64,000 nucleotides of DNA from the human T2T-CHM13v2.0 reference genome, Homo sapiens: assembly GCF_009914755.1 (NCBI RefSeq), contig NC_060927.1; one strand, 5' to 3'. Position 1 is the stretch's first letter, and every line of letters begins with the position of its first letter. A model generated the notes under the pieces. That model had not been told where the DNA came from and ran no database searches. It saw nothing but the letters and a program-made list of their open reading frames with translations. This document shows positions 1 through 31,914 of this stretch, piece after piece. Both the position numbers and the translations under genes were made by a program.

Positions 1-189
1 CTCCCTAGTTGCTGGGATTACAGGCACATGCCACCACGCCCGGCTAATTTTTGTATTTTTTGTAGAGACGGGGTTTCATCATGTTGGCCAGGCTGGTAAC
101 TCCTGACCTCAAGTGATCGGCCCACCTCAGCCTCCCTAAGTGCTGGGATTACAGGCGTGAGCCACCGCGCCCAGCCGAGCCCCCTTTTC

Positions 190-3215
<3,026 letters not shown>

Positions 3216-3534
3216 AGGACTCCATTTCCAAGTCTTCAATGTAGCTACCTGGTACTGCGCACATTACAGCGTGCCAGATACCCTGCAGAGCAAAGTGCAT
3301 ATATTCCCTGGTATGTTGCTTACAGCTTCCCTTGGGGGAGTCACTATTGTTTTCTCTATTTATTCAATGGGGCTTTAGAGAGAGGCAAAGTGACTGGACT
3401 GAGCACTCTGGCTAGAGCAGATGAGGCTCTACTCTTTTCTGCCTGTATGGACTTGGACAAGTCGTGCCTGTGCTGTCAGAGGTGTGCAGAGATTACTGTA
3501 TCCCTCTCTCTATTCACTCCTTTCTCCTTTGTAA

Positions 3535-3747
<213 letters not shown>

Positions 3748-4298
3748 TGACCAGGCTGGTCTCAAACTCCTGACCTCAGGTGATCCACCCACCTCAGCCT
3801 CTGAAAATGCTGGGATTACAGGCATGAGCCACCTTGCCCGGCCAAGAACCCCAGTTTTATTTGGGCTGGCAATGCGCCGAGATAACAGACCACACTTTTT
3901 CAGCCTCCTTTACTGTTATGTGGTCCAAGTGACACAGTCCTATGGAATTTCCAGAAGTCTTCAAATGAAATGTGGACCAGGTGACTGGAGCTCCAGCAGC
4001 CCACGTTGGGCCATGAGGTGTTCTTGAGGATGTAGCCAGGATTGAAAATGGCAGTGCAGAAAGATAGGAGCCTGGGTTCTGGATAACACTGAGAGCCATA
4101 TCAGCCGTGATCTACCCACCTCCAGGCTTTTTTTTTTTTTTTTTTTAATGTGATGGTAAAATAAACTATCTTGTTAAGCCACAGTAGTAGGGTTCTGTTA
4201 ATACCAGACAAACCTGATCCATAGGGTTGGAATCTTACCCCTCTTGATCCCAGTGACTCAGAGAAGTGGCAGCCAGCGTGGGTGATAGAAAGTGTTTC

Positions 4299-4304
4299 TT
4301 TATT
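4299..4304 (-). terminator. LHFPL4: Distal polyadenylation signal AATAAA
   Basis: Plus strand 'tttatt' at 4299-4304, at the end of the unique block. Confidence 0.7.
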
Positions 4305-4981
4305 TGAATGTCATTCCACCTGCACTGAAGCTTAAACCCAGCAGCAGCAGAAGGGGTCAGGACCAAAATAAATGTTACCAAATTAGACAATGAACAGCGA
4401 GGACACACTCAGACAAAACTTACTAATGGGGTATAGACAACACCAAGCTATCCTAACAGCACACAGCACAGGCCCTCGGAGGCCTGCCCATCAGAGCTCT
4501 GCGGAAGGCTCCCTTGTTCCCTGTTCAGGAAACTCCAGTCCCACCCAAAGGTTAGCCGTGGGCCAGGCAGGGGCCTGCAGAAGTTTCTGGTGCTGGGAAG
4601 ATCCCAGCTTCTCCAAAGACAGGGTTTCCCTTTCTCTTTCTCAGTTCACACTGGAAGCTGGAGAAAGGTTATTCCCCGTGTGCCCAAGCAGGATGCTCAA
4701 AAGGCCAGGGACTCTCCCCACAGCCTTATCTAAAAGTTCTCATCATCTTGGCTATCAGGCCTGAAAAGGATCTTGATTCTTTGGTCCTCACCCCCTCAGG
4801 AAAGTTTTCCTTCATGGGTACCGGTCCCCAAAGACGAAAGTTTTCATAGCCCCGGTTCCCAGAAGGACTCAACTGACCAGACTGTGGGCCAGGGACTGAA
4901 CCACCCCTAGGCTGTGGCTGCCGTGGCCTCTCCTGAGTCCCCAGATCAGGCAGAGAAAAGCGGGCAATGGCAGACCCCTGA

Positions 4982-5011
4982 TCACAGTTAGGGGGGTCAC
5001 AGTTAGGGGGG
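4982..5011. repeat. Perfect 15-bp tandem duplication tcacagttagggggg x2
   Basis: Read directly. Confidence 0.95.
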
Positions 5012-5179
5012 GACTTCTCTTGGGACCTGAAGCCGGAAGGCTCTAGGTTGGAGCCCAACAAGGCCCTCCTGGGGTCAGAAACAGGCACTGATCTCCTCTG
5101 CTTACCTCCTCCTGAAGGCTAAAGCCAGATCGCCCGACGAGAGCAGAGGCAAACCACAAAGCCCCCTTCCCATGATGTC

Positions 5180-5185
5180 TTTATT
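5180..5185 (-). terminator. LHFPL4: Candidate proximal polyadenylation signal AATAAA
   Basis: Plus strand 'tttatt' at 5180-5185. A GU-rich TTTGTGGTTTG lies about 20-30 nt downstream on the minus strand. Confidence 0.45.
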
Positions 5186-6189
5186 GCCCCAGGAGGGCCA
5201 TCAGGGCCTCACCTGGGGCCCCCACTGGAGCACCTGCCACCTGCCCCATCCACACCTCTGCAGAACCCAGGGCCCCAGTCTATGGTTTGGTCCCCACTCT
5301 GACTTCTACCCCTTGCCTGTGTCACCCTGGGGTTCCCGCAGACTTCAGCCCACACAACTCTGCCTTCCTGACTCCAAACTCCCTGGTGCATCTCCCCCTG
5401 GCTCTGCCAAGATGGCAGCTGGCCAGGTGCGGTGGAATGGGAATGTTGCCAGGCTACCCCACCAGGGAACTAGCCTCCCTCCTCTCCACCCGGCGCTGAC
5501 CCACTCCTAAGTCAGCTGGACCCACTACGTCCTCTGAAGTGGCTTCCTTCACTCCAGTTCTTCCCAAAAGGATGCGGCCTTGGCTGCCTGTGCCCCGGGC
5601 CTCCAGCCTCTGAAAGGTCAGTTCTATCCCCCGCACCAGGGCACAGGTTTGGTGGGTGTCCTTGGGGAACAAGGTGTGGCAAGGACACCTGGTGGCAGGC
5701 GTCCTTGGGGGAACAAGCTCTCCCCTCACCCAGTGCCCAGATAGCAACCCCCTCCCCACTGCCCCGCATCCTGGCTCCTTCATCCTCCTCTCCTTCCTCT
5801 GCATCCCATTCTTGCCCCCAACCCACATCTCCATTTACCTCTTCCCCGCTCCCGAGTCCTTTTTCCGCCTTTTCATCCATTTCCCCTCCCCCACCCCAAG
5901 CTCTCGGGCAGCCTCTCAGCTGGTCTCTCATCTCTCTCCACCTCTGCCCCGTCTCTCTCGATCTCTCCTCCTCGCGCTGTTTCTCTGTGCCTGTCCGTCC
6001 CCCTCGCTCCTTCTCCAATCATCTCTCATCTCCCTGTCTCTGCACCCCTCTTCTCCTCACCCCAGTGTCTTCTCCCATTCCCAGTCGCTTGCTGCGCCCC
6101 TCCCCTCACTCTCTCCTAACTCTGCTCTCCCCCTCCAACGCTGGGCTTGGTTTGCATCTTTGAGGAACTCCCTCCTACCCCAACTCCCT

Positions 6190-6720
6190 CCCACGGGGCT
6201 CCCGCATCCTCCCGCATTTAACTCGGACCCTCTGTCCCGCAGCGCCCCTACCCCAGGCCGACTGGACTGTCCGGGAAGGCGCCGGCGGGGAAGGGGAGCC
6301 CAGCGCTGGGACCAGAGCACTGCGGGGAGGCTTTGCCCGGGAGGAGTAAGTGGAGGAGTGAAGTCGGGACTTGGTAAGTTCCAGGTGGCAGGAACCCACT
6401 AGGTCCCAACATCTGATTCCGGCTAGGGTCCAGAGTGGGGAGACAGGCAGGGGACTTCTAGGGTCTTTCTTGGAAACCCTAACTCTCAGGTCCAAGTCCT
6501 GTGGAAATGAACACAAGGTTGGCAAACACATGGCGCTCAAGCGACCCTCTCCCCTCCGCCGAGGCCCGAGGCGGCTTCCCCTGGCATCCTGCAGGGCACC
6601 GCCCCTTCCCTGCAGGTCCAGGCCGCCAGGAGGGGGCGCTGGACGAAGCCGGTCTGCACCAGCAACTAGTGCTGAGGGAGCTGTCCAGGCCCCAGGGCAG
6701 GGAGGCTCCCCGGGAGAGAT
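6190..6720. promoter_or_regulatory. CpG-rich patch within the 3'UTR
   Basis: Local CpG enrichment relative to the flanks. Confidence 0.55.
6626..6641 (+). promoter_or_regulatory. CTCF core motif in the 3'UTR CpG patch
   Basis: CCAGGAGGGGGCGCTG matches CCASYAGRKGGCRS at 13 of 14 positions. Confidence 0.6.
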
Positions 6721-6857
6721 GGCTCTGCCGCCAGACCCACAGGGGAATGACGGGTGTTCAAAAAATACCAGGAGTCTCCCTCACCTGCTCCCTGCCAAGG
6801 GGAAGGGAGACGCCCCCACAGTGGGTGGAGGGGGGAGAAACTTCTCACCTGTCCCCC

Positions 6858-6930
6858 AACACACACACACACACACACGCTCACACGCGCACACACACGC
6901 ACACACATTTCACCCACATACACATACACT
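6858..6930. repeat. Imperfect (CA)n microsatellite, (UG)n in the mRNA
   Basis: acacacacacacacacacacgctcacacgcgcacacacacgc... Confidence 0.9.
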
Positions 6931-7260
6931 CATGCCTCGGCTCCAAGCACTGCCCATAGGTGCAGACCCTGGGCATATCGCAAGGCGAGAGGTGGGCCAG
7001 GAGGAGGAAGAGGCTGGGACAGGGTAACAAGGCTTAGGAAGGGGGACAGGGGTACCCTGTTCAGAGATGACCTGCAAGTTCAAGTTATGCAGAAAAGTAT
7101 CAAAGAGACAAGACAGTCTCTGCCCTTGGTAGACGCCTGGGGTATGGAGGGCATGAAAAGGGGCAGAAGGGGTAATGCATCCCCCAACTCCCCACCTCTG
7201 GGGTCCCCTCCACACCCCCAACCCTGACAACAGGGCCAAGAAGTCTGTGCTGTACAAAAC

Positions 7261-7384
7261 AGGCCAGGGTCAAGGGTCCAGTCATTGGTGAGACATCCCA
7301 GCAGAGAGGAGGCCTGGGCAAAAGAGGCCAAGGTCAAGGGCTCAGTCATCAGTGAGATGTTCCAGCAGAGAGGAAGAGGAGGCC
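7261..7384. repeat. Diverged tandem duplication, about 64-bp period
   Basis: aggccagggtcaagggtccagtcattggtgagacatcccagcagagagga versus aggccaaggtcaagggctcagtcatcagtgagatgttccagcagagagga. Confidence 0.85.
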
Positions 7385-8128
7385 AGGCCAGCCCGGGCTG
7401 AGCAGCTTCTAAGCTCCAACTGCCGAGGCCACGTACCCCCTCCCGCTACCTCCAGAGCCTGAAAGTCTTTTCTGACTCTGGGCTGATCAGGGCCCCGGTC
7501 TGCAGCTGACAGCAGGGCCCTGTGCATCCCTCGGTGCAGCTCTCCCTCAGGGTGAGCTGGGAGCAGGCCGGAATGGAGCAGAGGAGGTCCCAGGGGAGAC
7601 TGGTGGCACCTGGAGCTTTGTGGCAGATGTGGTGGAACCAACATCAGCCAAAAAAGAAAAAAAAAAAAAGTAGGAAAGAGTCCAGCCCACCCTGGAGCAG
7701 TATCTAGAATAAATTTCTTGAAGAGGCAGGGACCAGAAGAGGTGCGGATACAGCCAGGCGGCAGCCCTCCAGACTGAGGGGGCCTGGGGAGCTGGAACTA
7801 CAGCTCCGCTCTCCCTGGGGATCTGCAGGGACCTCCAGGCCAGTCTAGAGAGGAGAGGAGAAGCCCAAGGGCCTACGCAGATGCAGGCTCCCTTAGGTCA
7901 AATTGAGGGAGGAGCAAGAATTAGACCCTCCCAAGGTTTGGAGGGCCTCTCCTCTCCCCCAGGCCACATCCAGGCTTTCCTCTCCTCAAAGCCTGGAGCT
8001 TGCAGGGTAGTCGGTGAGAAGTAAGTCTGAGATCAGGGTCTTCCCTCAGAGCTTGAATGGAGTGACGAGAGGGCAGAAGGCAGGACAAGCTGAGGTCAGG
8101 CCAATTACTGGGCTGTGATCCTGGCCTT

Positions 8129-8229
8129 TCAGGGTCCCTGTGAGTGAGCCACGGGGCAGGGAAGGACTCCCCATCCAGAGACATCACCCCCGGGCCGCAA
8201 CACGGAGCTTACTGTAGAGCCCACAAAAT
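8129..8229 (-). CDS. LHFPL4: LHFPL4 last coding exon (DFVGSTVSSVLRPGGDVSGWGVLPCPVAHSQGP*)
   Basis: A (CT)n polypyrimidine tract precedes ttag|ATTTTGTG. Phase 1 joining gives ENK-DFVGS and TGA at 8129-8131. Total CDS 744 nt = 247 aa, matching the LHFPL4 C-terminus as I recall it. Confidence 0.92.
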
Positions 8230-8232
8230 CTA

Positions 8233-8262
8233 AGAGAGAGAGAGAGAGAGAGAAGGAGAGAG
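8233..8262. repeat. (GA)n/(CT)n microsatellite forming the polypyrimidine tract of the last exon
   Basis: agagagagagagagagagagaaggagagag. Confidence 0.9.
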
Positions 8263-8336
8263 AATTAGAGAAAGTCAGAGGCTGCCTGGGCATTCAGGCT
8301 TTCCTTGCACATTCCCCAGGGCACAAGTGGGCAGAG

Positions 8337-12800
<4,464 letters not shown>

Positions 12801-14724
12801 CTCATTGTTATTTTTTAAATTCTTGTCCTTCACCCATCAAATGTTTATTGGGCACCATTTTCCTTTTATTCACGATGCTAGAATATACTTTCATTCATGC
12901 AGTTGAGCACTTTGCTAAGAGCACAGACTATGGAGTGCCAGTGATAGGACTTAGCCTAGTTCTTCCCCTAACTTGGCTGTATGACCTTGGCAGATGCCGC
13001 TGAACCTGAACAGGCCTGTTTCAGTCAATACCATTGTACTTACCTCAAGGGCGATTAGGAGGATTAAATGAAGTAATGCGTGCAAAACACTTAGCACGGT
13101 GCCAGGCACTCAGGTAGCATTTATCCAGGGCCTACCATATGCCAGGCACTAGACCAGGCCTGCGGGGTGGGGAGACTTGGATTTTAGCTGCATGGAGCTT
13201 GCAATGTAGTGTGGAGAGAGGTACGTAATAGCAAAGCGATTAAGAAGGCTGGGTCTCAAATCCTGGCTCAGCTATTTTCTAGATATGCCACACTGAGCAA
13301 GTTCCTTCATCTTTAAGCCTCAGTTTCTTCATCTGTACAATGGGGATAATGATGGTATCCTCAAGTGGTTGTAAAGATTATGGAAGGCAGCAAAGTGTAA
13401 AGTGCCTGGCACAGTAAGTTCTGGGTAAATCTTAGCTGTTATCAAAACCAGTCATAATGCCAAAAGTAATAATTACACAAATAAGAAAGTAATTCGGAGA
13501 GTTGGTTTCAGGTGAGGAGGACAAAGGCAAAGAGGAAGAGAAGGGGCAGGCTCAGAAGGGCCTTGGCAATGGTTCCCTAGCTAGCATCCACCTGCTTTGG
13601 ATTTAGCAACCCACCTGTCCCAATCCCCGCCCAGGTGGGCCCTTGGCCAGCACTTAGCCTAGTGGATGAGACCCAAGCCTGAGCTGATCAGCACATTGCA
13701 CTCCTCTGGTAAGAGTGACTGGCTTGGAGAGTGGCACCTGCTGCGTCACAGGGCAGTCAGAACCCCCAGATTCAGCAGGCCACTGTAGAGATGGGGTCTT
13801 CCCCTCCACCAGCTCTGCATCACCGGCTTGATGGGGCCCTCGTATTGCCAGTCCTGCCAACATTTGGGTTACTGTATCTGAGACCCAAAGGTTCCAGAGG
13901 GCTCTGTTTGGAACCGTGGGGACCTTGAGCCTGCACCAGGTCCACAGGGTGCTTAGCCTGGGTTTTAGATGACAGCAATGTAAAGTGGGGGTGATGGTCA
14001 GCTCTGCCCACTGTCCACCTGGCCCATCTAGTCCCCAGGGTGGGAAGGGGCCCTTGGCTGTGCCAGCTCCCTCCCACATCTACCATGGAGGGAATGCTCC
14101 CAGGCCCCAGCCTCTTCCGGCTTCCAACGGAGTGGGCCCTCCTTCTCATCGTGGCACTGCCAGATTCCAGCCAGTCCTCCCCCTCTCCCCAACACGTGCT
14201 CCTCTTCCAGATGCAGGCTCCCCCCACAATACTATGATCGAACAGACACTGCAGCAGGGCTCCTCCCCCCACCAATGCTCCTCCCGCAAGTCAATTATCC
14301 ACTCCAGTGGAACTCACCACCTAAGGGCTGGGAAAAGAGTTGCAGCCAAAGGGAATGGCAAAAGCAAAGTCCTGCGGCGGGAACAAGCTGGATGAGTTAA
14401 AGAATTAGCAACTTTGAACAGGCCAGAGCTCAGGGGAAAACCGGGGCTAGACATGCAAATCTGGGGACTCTGGGCACTTTAGGTATTTAAATCTCGAGGA
14501 CTGGACATGGTGGAAACTGAAGAGAAGGCTTAGGACTGAGCCCTGGTGCTCCAGCATTAACAGGGCAGGAGGAGGAAGAGGGGCCTGCGGAGAAGGCCTG
14601 GCCGTCATCTCTCCACATAGCGCTGCACTTTGCCAGACCCTCCAGGACCCTATCTGAAAGGAAAGGAGGGTCAAACGCCAAGGAAGGCAACGGGGCAGGG
14701 GGAGGAGTGGTCTCAGCCCCAGTC

Positions 14725-15105
14725 CTTCCCCCGCCCTCGGAGTCCCCAGAGCCCTTTCCCAGGCGGGTGCGCTCCTGCCTCCCTATTCCCGGACTCTAAA
14801 TCTCCAGCAAGAGGCAGGAGTGGGAACGAGCCCAAGAAGGGGGCAAACCCACACCGTCCCTTTGCCACCTCTCTGGTCGTCCATTCCCGTGGTGCCAGAG
14901 GCGCGGGTCCTGCAGTAGTCCGTGGCTCCCGCCAGGAGCATCCCCGTCTCCGTGGAAACCGGGCCTGCATCCCGGCGCTCCCAGCTGCGCAGCGCTGGCT
15001 CCTGCGGGCGGTCCTCCTCCCCTCCGCAACCTGAGCACTGAGGCCTCAGGGAGGTTTTCTTCCTTTTGCTTTCCGCCTGCACGTTTTTTCTGCCTCTGTC
15101 TCTCT
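14725..15105. promoter_or_regulatory. Intronic CpG-rich element with an RFX X-box-like motif (GTCTCCGTGGAAAC 14946-14959)
   Basis: Cluster of CpGs in non-repeat DNA. The motif differs from GTTTCCATGGAAAC at 2 positions. Confidence 0.5.
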
Positions 15106-15929
15106 CTTTCGTTCTGTGTCTCCATTCCTTTCTCTTCCCCACCCTTTTCATCTTTCTTCGCACCCCCCTCTCTCTCTCTCTGGCTTGTCTACCTTGTGCT
15201 CAAGTCTCAGTCTGGACCCCCGCCCCTCCCGCTTTCCCCTTTATTTAGATCTTTCAGCACTTAACATTCATTCAACTCCCTCCTCCTCTCTATTTCTTTT
15301 CTCGCTTCTCTATATCTATCCCCTCCCCTTATCCTCTCTTTTTGCCTCTCACTTCATAGATCCCACAAATACAGTCCTGCATGCCCACTATGTGCCAGGC
15401 ACTGTGCAGTGTGCCGGGGACAGCAGGCTGGGTGTCTGTCTTCAGGGCAGAGGCGTGTGGGAAGGAATACAGCCAACAAGTCAACACATAAATAGAAGAG
15501 TTACACATGTCAAGGTGTGCTTCAAAGGAAAAAGACTAGCAGCTGCCACCCACAATAACAGGGGTACTCAGAGATGGCTGGGGCACTCACGCTGCAGGGT
15601 TTCAGATGGTGGCTGTGGGGCCCCAGAGGCCACTCCGGGAATGGGAAATATCAGAAGTCAAACAAATGAAAAGCCAATTAGATGGGTTCCTTGCACCTAG
15701 GGGAAAGATAGAAAGGGACCAGTAGCGATAGCCTAGGCCAAGGAAGTGCCCAAGAGGGCCAACCATCAGGAGATGGAATGACTGCAGATAAGGCAGGGTT
15801 CAGTGTTCCCATTTGCTGGATGAAGAAACTGAGGCTGAGGCTTTTGTGTTCCAAGCTCGAGTCTCTTTTGGAATAATGGGCTGGCTGAAGACCCAGCTGC
15901 TGCTAGGCACATACACGGGTGCAGGATGG

Positions 15930-16415
15930 CACAAGCTTTCTCAGCCTCAATGCTTTTGACATTCAAGCTAGATGATTCTTCATGAGGGGCCAACCAATGC
16001 ACTGTGGGATACTTAGCATCATCCGTGGCCTCTACCCACCAGATGCCAGGGGCACCACCAAACCCAGTCATACTGATTAAAAAATGTCAGTTGGGCATGG
16101 GTGGCTCATGCCTGTAGTCCCAGTACTTTGGGAGGCCGAGGTGAGAGGATCACTTGAGGCCAGGAGTTTAAGACCAGCCTGGGGCAACATGGTGAAAACA
16201 CGGTGAAAAGCACAAGTACATGGTGGCATGTACTCGTAGTCCCAGCTCCTCAGGAGGCTGAGGTGGGAGGATCGCTTGAGCCGGAAGATCAAGGCTGCTG
16301 TGAGCCAAAATTGCACCATTGCACTACAGCCTAGGCATCAGAGCAAGACATGGTTTCAAAAAAAAAAAAAAAAAGGCCCTAATGTAGGGGATTATCCCTG
16401 GCTGAAAACCACTGG
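15930..16415 (+). mobile_element. MER20-like hAT DNA transposon split by an Alu (about 16088-16373)
   Basis: ctttctcagcctc...agcatcatccgtggcctctacccaccagatgcca...ggctgaaaaccactg is characteristic MER20 text. Confidence 0.7.
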
Positions 16416-16577
16416 TGTAGGGGCAGAGGCTCTAGGATGGGATATCTCTATCCAGCTACCCCATGGTCCTACTGACTTTCTCTGCTCCAAGCAGCCAGGA
16501 GGTGTTATGACAAAATTAAGATGAACAATGTTAATATTTTTAATATTGTGATACTATTGTTAAAAATAGTGTTGAGT

Positions 16578-19545
<2,968 letters not shown>

Positions 19546-20242
19546 TGGGTCATTAAACTGCAATTATTTTGGTTTTTCATTTCACATGCAGTCGAACCTA
19601 GTCCTAACTGGCATAATGTTGTATTCTTTTTGAATTTTGTATCATGTGTATTTATTGGGAAAAATCATTTAACTGTGCGTCACTGGGCAAGTCCCTTCAC
19701 CTCTTGGTGATACCTGCTTCTCAAGGTCACAAGGTAGACTGAGTGGTCACCATCATCGACTGTAATGGTAGGACATCTCCATTGGTTTTGGGGTGTGAGG
19801 GTGGCACGTGCACTCTTGTAAATGTACTTACTCCTTGACTCAACTTTATCCTATGGCTATATCCTTGATTATACACAAAGGATGAATACAAGGGTGTTCG
19901 CTGCACCACCATCTATAACAAGGGACCAAAAACATGTCTACTAAGAGGCATCTGGCTATATAACTTACGGTGGTATCTATGCCATGGCATAGTATTAATC
20001 CATTTGATTGAATAGGGTACAGTTGTATATGTTGTCATGATCTTCTAAGATATATTAATAAATAAAAAGAAGGTTAGTAGTGGTGGCTCATGCCTGTAAT
20101 CCCAGTACTTTGGGAGGATGAGGTGGGAGAAGCACTTGAGCCCAGAAGTTCAAGACCAGCATAGCAAGACTCTTGTTTCCACAAAAAAATTAAAAAATAA
20201 AGGCAGTCAAGGTACAGAATACTGTATATAGTATAATCCCAT

Positions 20243-31504
<11,262 letters not shown>

Positions 31505-31914
31505 CACTCATCTGTGTTTTTTATAAAAAGGATATGCATACTATGAAATGCATTGCAACAATGAGAAAGAATGGGTAGCACTTTAAGGACTGAAAGAGCA
31601 AGATTTCTTTGACACAACGTCATCTGAAAAAAAGCAATCATAATTTTAAAAAAAATCCAACGTGCTTATACGTTTGAAAAAATGGGAAAAAATGGGAAAC
31701 ATGCCAGACACTGTTTTAACTGTTTTATGTGTATTAATTCATTGTTACCTCATTTTTATATGTTATGAAACAGGCACAGAAAGGTTAAATGATGAGTCTG
31801 ACCTAGCCTTCCTGGGGCCTGAGTCCATGCTCTTAACTACCTCTCTTTTTCTGACATATTGAGCAGGTAGAAAGACCATACATAGGCATGATCCCTTTAG
31901 TTTTAAAAAAAGTA

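Larger units (their letters stand above)
4280..8128 (-). other. LHFPL4: LHFPL4 3'UTR (about 3.85 kb; cleavage site approximate)
   Basis: Alu-free unique sequence runs from the stop codon to a minus-strand AATAAA at 4299-4304. Repeat-derived sequence resumes below about 4200. Confidence 0.75.

Noticed and set aside
4390-4764. 124-aa plus-strand ORF MNSEDTLRQ...
   Set aside because: Antisense to the 3'UTR, with no recognisable homology or supporting exon structure.
5512-6402. Long ORFs 5512..6018(-), 5656..6402(+), 5705..6163(+)
   Set aside because: They arise from a low-complexity purine/pyrimidine tract in the 3'UTR. Composition is biased (E/G/R or S/P/L) and no domain is recognisable.
14861-14880. 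Possible CTCF motif (cagagaggtggca)
   Set aside because: Only the 3' half matches; the CCASY portion is missing.
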